From an uncultured Phycisphaerales bacterium (GTDB lineage Bacteria > Planctomycetota > Phycisphaerae > Phycisphaerales > UBA1924): a DNA stretch of 64,000 nucleotides. The stretch covers positions 5,421 through 69,420 of the forward strand of contig CALMPG010000048.1 in assembly GCA_937871915.1 (NCBI GenBank), in the 5' to 3' direction. The position numbers and the translations under genes were made by a program. The notes beneath the pieces were generated by a model that was not told the origin of the DNA, did no database searches, and saw only the letters and a program-made list of their open reading frames with translations. Positions 8,296-16,449 of the stretch are shown in pieces (the stretch's first letter is position 1; the number at the start of each line of letters is the position of its first letter).

Positions 8296-9723
8296 GTGAC
8301 GCCGACCGCGGAACTCATCCAGCCGGAGATCGTTGAGCTTGTGCGCGACGGGGCGTACAGCGAGCTGCGCAACGCGCTCAAGGGGATCCCGCCGGCGGAC
8401 ATCGCGGACATCATCACGAGCCTGGAGGCGGACCAGCGGGCGGTCTGCTTCCGGTTTCTGGCGAGGGACGATGCGGGCGAGGTGTTCGCGTATCTGACGG
8501 CGGAGATGCAGGAGGAGCTGGTTCTGAAGCTCGGGGACGCGGCCCTGCGCGTGGTGGAGGGGATGGACCCGGACGACCGGGCCCGGCTCATCGACGAGCT
8601 GCCGCCGGAGTGTGCGCAGAAGATCGTCGCGTCGCTGAGCCCGGAGGATCGGAAGACGACGCAGGCGATCCTGGGGTATCCGCCCAAGAGCGTCGGGCGA
8701 TTGATGAACCCGGACTACATCCGGATCATGCCCGACTGGACGGTGGGGCAGGCACTCGAGCACATCAGGAAGTTCGGGCGGGACGCGGAGACGATCAACG
8801 TCGTGTACGTGGTGGACGAGAAGGGGGTGCTCATCGACGACCTCCGTCTGCGGCAGATCCTGCTGGCGGACCCGGGGGCGATGATCGAGACCCTGATGAA
8901 CCGCAACTTCGTCGCGCTGCGGGCGGACCAGCCGCAGGACGAGGCGGTGAAGACGATGAGCCGGTACGACCGGGTGGTGCTGCCGGTGCTCGACTCGCGG
9001 GGGGTGCTCCTGGGCATCGTGACCTCCGACGACGTGGCGGACGTGGCCGAGGAAGAGGCGACCGAGGACATGCAGAAGCTCGGCGGCATGGAGGCTCTGG
9101 ACGAGCCGTACGTGTCGATCTCGATCTGGCGGCTGGTGCGCAAGCGGGGCGGGTGGCTGGCCATCCTGTTCGTCGGCGAGATGTTCACGCAGACGGCGAT
9201 GGCGGGGTTCGAGCACGACATCGAGCGGGCGGCGGTGCTGGCCACGTTCGTGCCGCTGATCGTGTCGAGCGGGGGCAACAGCGGCTCGCAGGCCACCTCG
9301 CTGATCATCCGGGCGCTGGCCGTGGGGGAGTTGACGCTCCGGGACTGGTTCAAGGTGCTCAGGCGGGAACTTGTTGCGGGCTCGCTGCTGGGCTTGTTTC
9401 TGGGCGTGATCGGGCTGGTCCGGATCAACGTCTGGGGGTGGATGGGGTGGTTCGCCAAGCACACGGGGCACCCCGAGCTGGACAAGGAGAGCGTCGCGGC
9501 CCAGCAGCACTTTCACGTGCTGGCGGTGGCGATCGCGGTCTCGGTTGTGGGGGTGGTGCTCTGGGGGACGATCATCGGGGCGATGCTGCCGTTCCTTCTC
9601 AAGCGGTGCAGGCTCGACCCCGCGACAAGTTCGGCGCCGTTCGTGGCCACGCTGGTGGACGTCGTGGGGGTGCTGATCTACTTCACCGCGGCGGCGACGA
9701 TCCTGCGGGGGACGCTGCTGTGA
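8296..9723 (+). CDS. mgtE: Magnesium transporter MgtE
   Basis: The N-domain and CBS region ('VVYVVDEKGVLIDDLRLRQIL', 'LPVLDSRGVLLGIVTSDDV') are followed by a TM domain with 'FVPLIVSSGGNSGSQA' and 'DPATSSAPFVATLVDVVGVLIYF'. The start is taken at in-frame GTG 8296. Confidence 0.85.
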   Translation: MTPTAELIQPEIVELVRDGAYSELRNALKGIPPADIADIITSLEADQRAVCFRFLARDDAGEVFAYLTAEMQEELVLKLGDAALRVVEGMDPDDRARLIDELPPECAQKIVASLSPEDRKTTQAILGYPPKSVGRLMNPDYIRIMPDWTVGQALEHIRKFGRDAETINVVYVVDEKGVLIDDLRLRQILLADPGAMIETLMNRNFVALRADQPQDEAVKTMSRYDRVVLPVLDSRGVLLGIVTSDDVADVAEEEATEDMQKLGGMEALDEPYVSISIWRLVRKRGGWLAILFVGEMFTQTAMAGFEHDIERAAVLATFVPLIVSSGGNSGSQATSLIIRALAVGELTLRDWFKVLRRELVAGSLLGLFLGVIGLVRINVWGWMGWFAKHTGHPELDKESVAAQQHFHVLAVAIAVSVVGVVLWGTIIGAMLPFLLKRCRLDPATSSAPFVATLVDVVGVLIYFTAAATILRGTLL

Positions 9724-9816
9724 GGCGGGCCGGGCGTGGGCCGCGGGCGCTCGGCGCTCACGGGTTCCGGGCGCCCAACGAGGGCCCCGCCGGAAACCGG
9801 CGGGGCACCCAGGGGA

Positions 9817-12800
9817 CTACGGGCAGCCGGCGAACCAGGCGTTGAGGAAGTCGAAGATGTCGGAGACGGCCAGGCCCGAGCCGTTGAAGTCGGCGGCGGG
9901 GTTGCCGGCGAACCAGGCGTTGAGGAAGTCGAAGATGTCCTGCACGGAAAGGGCGCCGGAACAGTTGAAATCGGCGGTGCAGACGGTGAGGCTCGCGCCG
10001 GCGGAGGTGGCGGCGTTGCAGCAGGTGTTGACGACGCAGTCGTAGACGCCCGCATCCGAAGCGGAAGCGGGGCCGATGGTGAGCGAGGGCGAGGTCTGGC
10101 CCGGGAGCGGGGCGGCGTTCTTGCGCCACTGGTAGGAAAGCCCGGCGCCGGAGGCGGAGACGGTGAACATCGCGCTGCCGCCCGCGCACGTCGTGGCGGG
10201 GGAGGGGTCGGCGGTGATCGCGGCGGTCTCGCAGATGGTGACGGTGGCGGGATCGGAGGTGACGGGGCCGCAGGGGCCGGTGACGATGCAGTCGTATGGG
10301 CCGGAGTCGGACAGCGCGGCGGGGTTGAAGGCGATGGTGGCAGAGGTCGCGCCGGGGACGTCCGCGCCGCCGAGACGCCACTGGTAGGAGAGTCCCGGGC
10401 CGGTGGCCGTCACGGTGAGGGACACGTTGTCGCCGACGCAGGCGGATTGCGGGGCGGGCTGGCCGGTGATGGCGGCGGGGTCCGTGAGCGAGAGCGAGGC
10501 GGGGGCGGAGGTCGCGGAGCCGCAGGCGCCGGTGACGACGCAGTCGTACCCGCCGCCGACATCGCCGCTGATGACGGGGACGAGGGTGAGGGTGGGTCCG
10601 GTCGCGCCGGTGAGGGGGGTCCCGGCGCGCCGCCACTGGTAGGTGAGCGATGCGCCCTCGGCGACGACGGTGAAGGACGCCGCGCCGCCGATGCAGGCCG
10701 ACAGGGATTGGGGCTGGCCGCCGGGGGCGATGGCGGTGGCGGGGTTGACGAGGACGGCGGCCGCGGCGCTGGCGACGGTGTTGCAGGGGCCGGTGATGAC
10801 GCAGTCGTAGGAGCCGGAGTCGGCGGGGGAAGCGGAGGCGATGGTGAGTTGCGAGTCGCTGGCGCCGACGATCGGCGTTGCGTTGAGGCGCCACTGGTAG
10901 CTGTTGACGGTGCCGAGTGCGTCGGCCAGGAGCGTGACGGGGGAGCCGGCGCACACGGTCTGCGCGACCGGGTCTCCGCCGGGGTTGATGGAGACGGGCT
11001 CGTTGATGGTGAGGCTGCCGATGCCGGTCTGGGCGAATCCGCAGGTCCCGTAGACGCTGCAGTAGTAGAGGCCCGCGTCGGCGGCGGTGGCGGAGGCGAT
11101 GGTGTACGTCGTGGAGGTTGCGCCGGGGATCGGCGAGCCGGACTTGTTCCACTGGTAGGTGAGGTTGTCGCCGGCGGCGACGACGGTGAACGAGGCGGGC
11201 TGGCCCTCGCAGACGGACTGGCTCGGCAGGTTCTGCGTGATGGTGGTTGCGGGGGTGATCGAGAGACCGGCCGCGCCGCTGGTGAGCGAGCCGCACGCGC
11301 CGGCGACGACGCAGTCGTAGCTTCCGGCGTCGCCGGAGGCCACGGGGGAGATCGAGAGGGTGGGGCCGGTGGCGCCGCCGATGGGGCCGGAGTTCTTGCG
11401 CCACTGGTACGAGAGCCCGGTGCCCGAGGCGGACACGGAGAAGGATGCGCTGCCGCCCACGCACGCGGACTGCGGGGAGGGGCTCGCGGTGACGGCGGTG
11501 GCGGCGTTGATGGAGAGCGCGGCCGGGTTGGGGGTGATCGAGCCGCAGGAGCCGGAGATCACGCAGTCGTACGAGCCGGCATCGCCGGGGAGGGCCGGGT
11601 TGATCGTGAGTGTGGGCGAGGTTGCGCCGCCGATGGGGGCGGTGTTCTTGCGCCACTGGTAGCCGATGCCGGTGCCGGTGGCGGAGACGCCGAAGGAGGC
11701 GCCGGCTCCGGGGCACACGGACTGGGGCGAGGGCTGGCCGGTGATGGTGGTGGCGGGGTTGACCGAGAGCGTGGCGGGGTTGCTCGTCGCGGAGCCGCAA
11801 TCGCCGATGACGACGCAGTCGTAGGCGCCGGCATCGCCGACGACGGGGCCGAGCACGAGCGAGGCGGCGGTGGCGCCGCCGATGGGGACGGTGTTCTTGC
11901 GCCACTGGTAGGTGAGGCCGGTGCCGGAGGCGGAGACGGAGAGGGTTGCGCCGGCGCCGGCGCAGGCGGTCTGGGTCTGGGGGTGGCCGGTGATGGACGG
12001 AACGACGCAGGGTCCGGTGACGGAGAAGAGGCCGGCCCCGGTGGCGGCGCCGCCGGCGGTGCCGGAGCCGTCGGAGTTGGTCACGGAGATGTCGCGGGCG
12101 GAGCTGCTGGCGCCCGCGGAGACCACGAGCGAGAGGCCCGTCACCTGGGTGCCCAGCGCGTTGACCACGGGCGTGCCCGCGACGGTGACGCCGGAGCCCG
12201 AGACGGTGAACTGGCTCGCGGAGGTGACGCCCTTGAAGTTGACGCCGTTGATGGTGACGGGGACGGTGGAGTTGGTGGAACCGGAGGAGGGCAAGACGCC
12301 GGTGATCGAGGCGGAAGCGCCGAAGACGACGACGTTGATGGTGTCGGTGTCGGTCAGGCCGTTGGAATCGGTGACGCGCAGGGTGACCGGGTACGTTCCG
12401 TTGGAGGGATACCCGCCGGTGATGGAGGGCTGGGCGGAGGTGGAGTCGATGCCGCCGCCGAAGGTGCCGTTGCCGTCGAGGTCCCAGAAGTAGGAGCGGG
12501 AGTTGGTGCCGCCGCTGGGGCCGGTGTCGGTCGTGTAGGAGTTGATGTCGCCGTAGAAGAAGCAGTTCTGTCCGGCCTGGATGCGCTTGTTGACGCCGGC
12601 GATGGCGACGGGGGGGGCCTTGGCGGAGCCGACGCGGACGGTCAGGTCGTAGGTCTGCACGGTCTGGTCGGCCGAGGCGTTGGGTCCGGTGTCGAACACG
12701 CGGACCCAGTAGGTTCCGGCGGCGAGGGTGCCGGCGCCGAGGATCTCGGCCACGCCGGCGGCGCCCGACGCGGCGGTCTGCACGACGGTGGCGCCGTTGG

Positions 12801-14007
12801 TTCCGCCGCGGAGTTCGATGCTCAGGTCGCCGGCGGCCTCGGCGTTGACGGTCGCGGTGGTGCCGTTGCAATCGGAGGTCTGCAACCCCTCGGTGTAGGA
12901 GCCGCCGGTGGGGTCGGCGGTGATGGTGACGGTCTGCGCGGAGCCGAGGGTGAACTTGAACCAATCGGCGCTCGAGCCGTTGGGGCCCGCGGAGCCGTTC
13001 GTGGAGAGGTTGCGCTCGATGACGGATCGAAGAACGGGCGAGGTGAGGTTGCCCCAGTCGAAGGCGAGCGCGCCGCCGGAGTTTCCCGAGCGCCGGTCGC
13101 CGTAGTTGCGGCCCACGGCGCGGATCTCGTCGATGAGGCAGCCGTCGGTGTTGTTGTGGATGAACGGCTCCATGAGCTTGGTGGAGTCGCAGGGGACGGG
13201 GTGGCTGTAGCCCAGGCCGTGGCCGTGCTCGTGGGCGGTGACGTTGCGGAGGTATCGATAGGTGTTGGAGGAGGAGCCCATGGACCCGGTGGTCAGGTAG
13301 TCGGAGTTGAAGGTCATGTCCCCGCCGCTGGACGGGTAGTTGTTGTACGCGAGGACGCCGGTGGTGCCCTGCACGATGGCCCCGATGCGGATGTCGCCGC
13401 GGACGGTGGAGTGGGCGGCGGAGGTGGTGTAGCTGGAGTTGTTGTCGGCGACCTCGGAATAGGTGAGCCCGCCGAAGCGGCGCCAGGAGGCGAGGGCCTG
13501 GCGGATGAGTTCCAGGCCGCGGTCCTCGTTGGCGGCGCCGAAGAGCGCCTGGAGATGGGCGTGCAGGTCGTTGGGCGCGGCGGCGCCGGAGCCCCAACCG
13601 ACGCCGTCGGCGGGGAAGGAGAAGGTGAGGCTGGCCGAGCGGGCCTGCCCGCTGGAACTCTGCGAGCCGTTGCCGAACCAGACGGTGTTGACGGTGCGGA
13701 AGCGCGGCTCGAGGCTGTCCACCAGCGTGGGCGGGAGCGCCTGATACCGGTTGAGGATCTCGGCGAGTTCCTCGGGGGTGGGATTCTCGACGAAGCAGGG
13801 CGCGGCGTCGTCGGCCTGGGCTCGCTGCTGGGCGGCGGCGAGCATGGCCCGGAGCATCAAGGAGGAGCGGCGCGGTGCGGGCGGCGTCGCCGTCGGCGCG
13901 CCGTCCCGATCGGCGAGCGCGACCGCCGGCAGAGCGATGACGCACGCGCCGATCAGGGCGTTGAGCGCGGAGCGGCGAACGGGCGTCGGTAGGGTCGAGT
14001 GGGGCAT
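9817..14007 (-). CDS. Secreted multidomain protein: metzincin (M10-like) protease, PPC-like domain, PKD, IPT/TIG-like domain, 8 Ig-like repeats, and a C-terminal double dockerin-like module (GC-type dockerin-anchored protein)
   Basis: Signal peptide 'MPHSTLPTPVRRSALNALIGACVIALPAVALA' from ATG 14007. Zinc motif 'HEHGHGLGYSH' (13198-13233). PKD-like 'YFWDLDGNGTFGG...YPVTLRVTDSNGLTDTDTINV'. Eight 'YQWR' repeats. Tail 'DIFDFLNAWFAG' occurs twice. Confidence 0.85.
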   Translation of the reverse strand: MPHSTLPTPVRRSALNALIGACVIALPAVALADRDGAPTATPPAPRRSSLMLRAMLAAAQQRAQADDAAPCFVENPTPEELAEILNRYQALPPTLVDSLEPRFRTVNTVWFGNGSQSSSGQARSASLTFSFPADGVGWGSGAAAPNDLHAHLQALFGAANEDRGLELIRQALASWRRFGGLTYSEVADNNSSYTTSAAHSTVRGDIRIGAIVQGTTGVLAYNNYPSSGGDMTFNSDYLTTGSMGSSSNTYRYLRNVTAHEHGHGLGYSHPVPCDSTKLMEPFIHNNTDGCLIDEIRAVGRNYGDRRSGNSGGALAFDWGNLTSPVLRSVIERNLSTNGSAGPNGSSADWFKFTLGSAQTVTITADPTGGSYTEGLQTSDCNGTTATVNAEAAGDLSIELRGGTNGATVVQTAASGAAGVAEILGAGTLAAGTYWVRVFDTGPNASADQTVQTYDLTVRVGSAKAPPVAIAGVNKRIQAGQNCFFYGDINSYTTDTGPSGGTNSRSYFWDLDGNGTFGGGIDSTSAQPSITGGYPSNGTYPVTLRVTDSNGLTDTDTINVVVFGASASITGVLPSSGSTNSTVPVTINGVNFKGVTSASQFTVSGSGVTVAGTPVVNALGTQVTGLSLVVSAGASSSARDISVTNSDGSGTAGGAATGAGLFSVTGPCVVPSITGHPQTQTACAGAGATLSVSASGTGLTYQWRKNTVPIGGATAASLVLGPVVGDAGAYDCVVIGDCGSATSNPATLSVNPATTITGQPSPQSVCPGAGASFGVSATGTGIGYQWRKNTAPIGGATSPTLTINPALPGDAGSYDCVISGSCGSITPNPAALSINAATAVTASPSPQSACVGGSASFSVSASGTGLSYQWRKNSGPIGGATGPTLSISPVASGDAGSYDCVVAGACGSLTSGAAGLSITPATTITQNLPSQSVCEGQPASFTVVAAGDNLTYQWNKSGSPIPGATSTTYTIASATAADAGLYYCSVYGTCGFAQTGIGSLTINEPVSINPGGDPVAQTVCAGSPVTLLADALGTVNSYQWRLNATPIVGASDSQLTIASASPADSGSYDCVITGPCNTVASAAAAVLVNPATAIAPGGQPQSLSACIGGAASFTVVAEGASLTYQWRRAGTPLTGATGPTLTLVPVISGDVGGGYDCVVTGACGSATSAPASLSLTDPAAITGQPAPQSACVGDNVSLTVTATGPGLSYQWRLGGADVPGATSATIAFNPAALSDSGPYDCIVTGPCGPVTSDPATVTICETAAITADPSPATTCAGGSAMFTVSASGAGLSYQWRKNAAPLPGQTSPSLTIGPASASDAGVYDCVVNTCCNAATSAGASLTVCTADFNCSGALSVQDIFDFLNAWFAGNPAADFNGSGLAVSDIFDFLNAWFAGCP
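9979..12009 (-). repeat. Coding tandem array of eight ~85-aa Ig-like repeats
   Basis: The recurring signature is 'C.G..A.F.V.A.G.GL.YQWRKN..PI.GAT...L.I.....DAG.YDCV..G.CG...S..A.L'. I counted eight YQW(R/N) occurrences in the translation. Confidence 0.85.
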
Positions 14008-14236
14008 GGGTTTCCCTGGGCCAGGACGGAGACAGAAACAGCTCGAGCGGCCGAATGGACGCACGAGCACGGGCATGGCAGAGAGAGTGACACACAATCC
14101 GCCCGGACCCACGCCCGGGTCCGGGAAATCGAAGAAAGTGCGCCGGAATCCGATGTTCGCGGGCCCGCCGAGGGTCTTCACCGAGGTGGGCCGGCGAGCG
14201 CGCGAGGCCGGCCCTGCCCGAATCGGTCGGGGTGGA

Positions 14237-16306
14237 TCAAGCGGTCGCGGCCCGCGCCGTGCCGCTGAGGGTCATGGACCCCTGCCTGCGCTTGCGGGGG
14301 GCGAGGTCGGCGCTCTCGACTTCCTCGAGGTCGCTGCCCTGGAAGGACTCGCCGAAGCGGAAGAGGCGGAAGGAGTTTCCGATAACAAAGACGTCGCCGA
14401 CGACGTGGTAGACGGCCGCGCCCATGAGGCCGAGGCCGCCGGTGGCGGCGAGGACGAGGCCGAGGATGGCCACGAGGATGGAGAGGGCGATGTTCTGGCC
14501 GACGATGGTGCGGGTGCGGCGTGAGAGTTCGATGAGGAAGGGGATGCGGGAGAGGTCGTCGTTCATGAGGGCGACGCCGGCGGAGTTGGCGGCGATGTCG
14601 GAGCCGCCCAGGCCCATGGCCACGCCGATGTCGCTGGCGGCGAGGGAGGGCCCGTCGTTGATGCCGTCGCCGACCATCATGACGCGCCGGCCGTCGGCGA
14701 CGAGGTCCTGGATCTGCTCGTGCTTCTCCTCGGGGTGGCACTCGGCCTCGATGTGATCGACGCCGACCTGGCGGCCGACTCTCTCGGCGACGCTGAGGCG
14801 GTCGCCGGTGAGGATGTCGATGCGCCGGACACCGAGCTCGCGGAGGCGGGAGATGACGTTCTTGGAGTTGGAGCGGATGCGGTCTTCGAGCGCGACCACG
14901 CCGAGGTAGCGGCCGTCCTTGACGACGTGGACGCCGGACATGCCCTCGATGCGGGCCGTGGCGGCCTCGACCTGCGGGCCGATGTCGGGGAAGACCTCGA
15001 GGAGCCAGGAGGCGCGCCCGACGCAGACCTCGCCGGTGGTGGTGCGGGCGCGGATGCCTCGCCCGTGCATCTCCTCGTAGTTGTCGGAGCCGTCGGGCTC
15101 GATGCGGGCCTGCTTGGCGGTCTGGAGGATGGAGCGGGCCAGGGGGTGGTTGGAGTGCTGCTCGCCGTTGGCGGCCGCGGTGAGAAGCTCGGCGCCCTCG
15201 ACGCCGTCGGCGGGGACGAGACGCGAGACGGCGAAGCGGCCCGTGGTGATGGTGCCGGTCTTGTCCATGACGACGGTGTCAACGACGGCGGCCTCCTCGA
15301 GGTAGTTGACCTTCTTGATGAGGATGCCCAGGCGCGCGGCGGCGGCGAAGGCGGCGACGATGGCCAGCGGGCTGGCAAGGAGGAGAGCGGAGGGGCAGGC
15401 AACGACGAGCGTGGAGATGGCGCGCTCGAAGGCGACCTTGCTGCCCGCATCGCGGTTGAGGAACCAGACGATGAAGGCGACGCCGAGGGTGACGGGGACG
15501 AAGAACTTGGCGACCTGCTCGACCATCATCTGGCGCGGCGTGCGGCTGGACTCGGCCTCGCGGATGAGTTGCGTCACCTTGCCGATGGTGGTGTCCGTGC
15601 CGACCTGCGTGGCCCGGACGTCGATGAGGGCGGAGAGGTTGGTGGTGCCGGCGTAGACGGGCTCGCCGGGCTGGACCTCGTGGGGGATCGCCTCGCCGGT
15701 GAGGGCGGCCTGATCGATGGTGGACTTGCCGGTGGCGACGACGCCGTCGACCGGGAGATTCTCGCCGGCGCGGACTCGGACGGTGTCGCCGACCTGGACG
15801 CTGGAGAGGGCGACCTCGGACTCGACGCCGCCCCGGACGATGCGGGCGACGTCGGGGGTGCGGGCGACGAGGTCCTCGATGGCGCGCTGGGCCCCCCAGG
15901 CCCGCTGGCGGACGAACTGGTCGGCGACGAGGAGGATGAAGGCGAGGAAGCCCGCGGGGGCGTAGTTGCCCACGGCGAGCGAGCCGAGGATGGCGATGGC
16001 GCAGAGGGTGGAGGTGCTGGCCGTGCCGCGCCAGAGCTCCTTGGCGGAGGCGGCGAAGAGGGGAAAGCCCAGGAGGAGCGCGCCGATGATGGCGGGGATC
16101 TCGGCGATGAGGTCGGGAACGACGTTCCGCGGGAGGAGGTACTTGGCGACGACGGTGGCCAGGAGCATGAGGCCGCCGATGAGGTACAGGAGCATGTACC
16201 GCTCGAGCTTCACGTTGTGGTGCGAGCAGCAGGCCATGCCCTCGTCGTAGGTGTGGTCGTGCGAGTGGGCCTGAGCCGTTGCCGCGCCGGACGCCTGAGT
16301 GGCCAT
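14237..16306 (-). CDS. Heavy-metal translocating P-type (P1B) ATPase
   Basis: 'DKTGTITTGRF', 'VACPSALLLASP' (CPS in place of CPC), 'TGDRLSVAERV', 'GDGINDGPSLAASDIGVAMG'. The start is taken at ATG 16306 ('MATQASGAATAQAHSHDHTYDEGMACCSHH'). Confidence 0.85.
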   Translation of the reverse strand: MATQASGAATAQAHSHDHTYDEGMACCSHHNVKLERYMLLYLIGGLMLLATVVAKYLLPRNVVPDLIAEIPAIIGALLLGFPLFAASAKELWRGTASTSTLCAIAILGSLAVGNYAPAGFLAFILLVADQFVRQRAWGAQRAIEDLVARTPDVARIVRGGVESEVALSSVQVGDTVRVRAGENLPVDGVVATGKSTIDQAALTGEAIPHEVQPGEPVYAGTTNLSALIDVRATQVGTDTTIGKVTQLIREAESSRTPRQMMVEQVAKFFVPVTLGVAFIVWFLNRDAGSKVAFERAISTLVVACPSALLLASPLAIVAAFAAAARLGILIKKVNYLEEAAVVDTVVMDKTGTITTGRFAVSRLVPADGVEGAELLTAAANGEQHSNHPLARSILQTAKQARIEPDGSDNYEEMHGRGIRARTTTGEVCVGRASWLLEVFPDIGPQVEAATARIEGMSGVHVVKDGRYLGVVALEDRIRSNSKNVISRLRELGVRRIDILTGDRLSVAERVGRQVGVDHIEAECHPEEKHEQIQDLVADGRRVMMVGDGINDGPSLAASDIGVAMGLGGSDIAANSAGVALMNDDLSRIPFLIELSRRTRTIVGQNIALSILVAILGLVLAATGGLGLMGAAVYHVVGDVFVIGNSFRLFRFGESFQGSDLEEVESADLAPRKRRQGSMTLSGTARAATA

Positions 16307-16449
16307 GAACGCTCCCGTGGAATCGAGACGGACCTTCGGACGGCCGGGGAAGAGAGATCCGCGGCCAGAGTCAGGGCGGAGTTTAGCGTGTGCGCTCCGA
16401 CCGACGGTGGGCCGTCCAAGGGAATCCCGGGAGGCCCACGCGAACTTGT

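Noticed and set aside
9736-14095. Long ORFs 9736-13992 (+, 1418 aa) and 9758-14095 (-, 1445 aa) overlapping the metzincin/Ig gene
   Set aside because: One is Gly/Ala/Asp/Arg-rich and the other Arg/Pro/His-rich, and neither has motifs. The third frame (9817-14007) carries HExxHxxGxxH, PKD-like and Ig-like segments and the dockerin-like tail.
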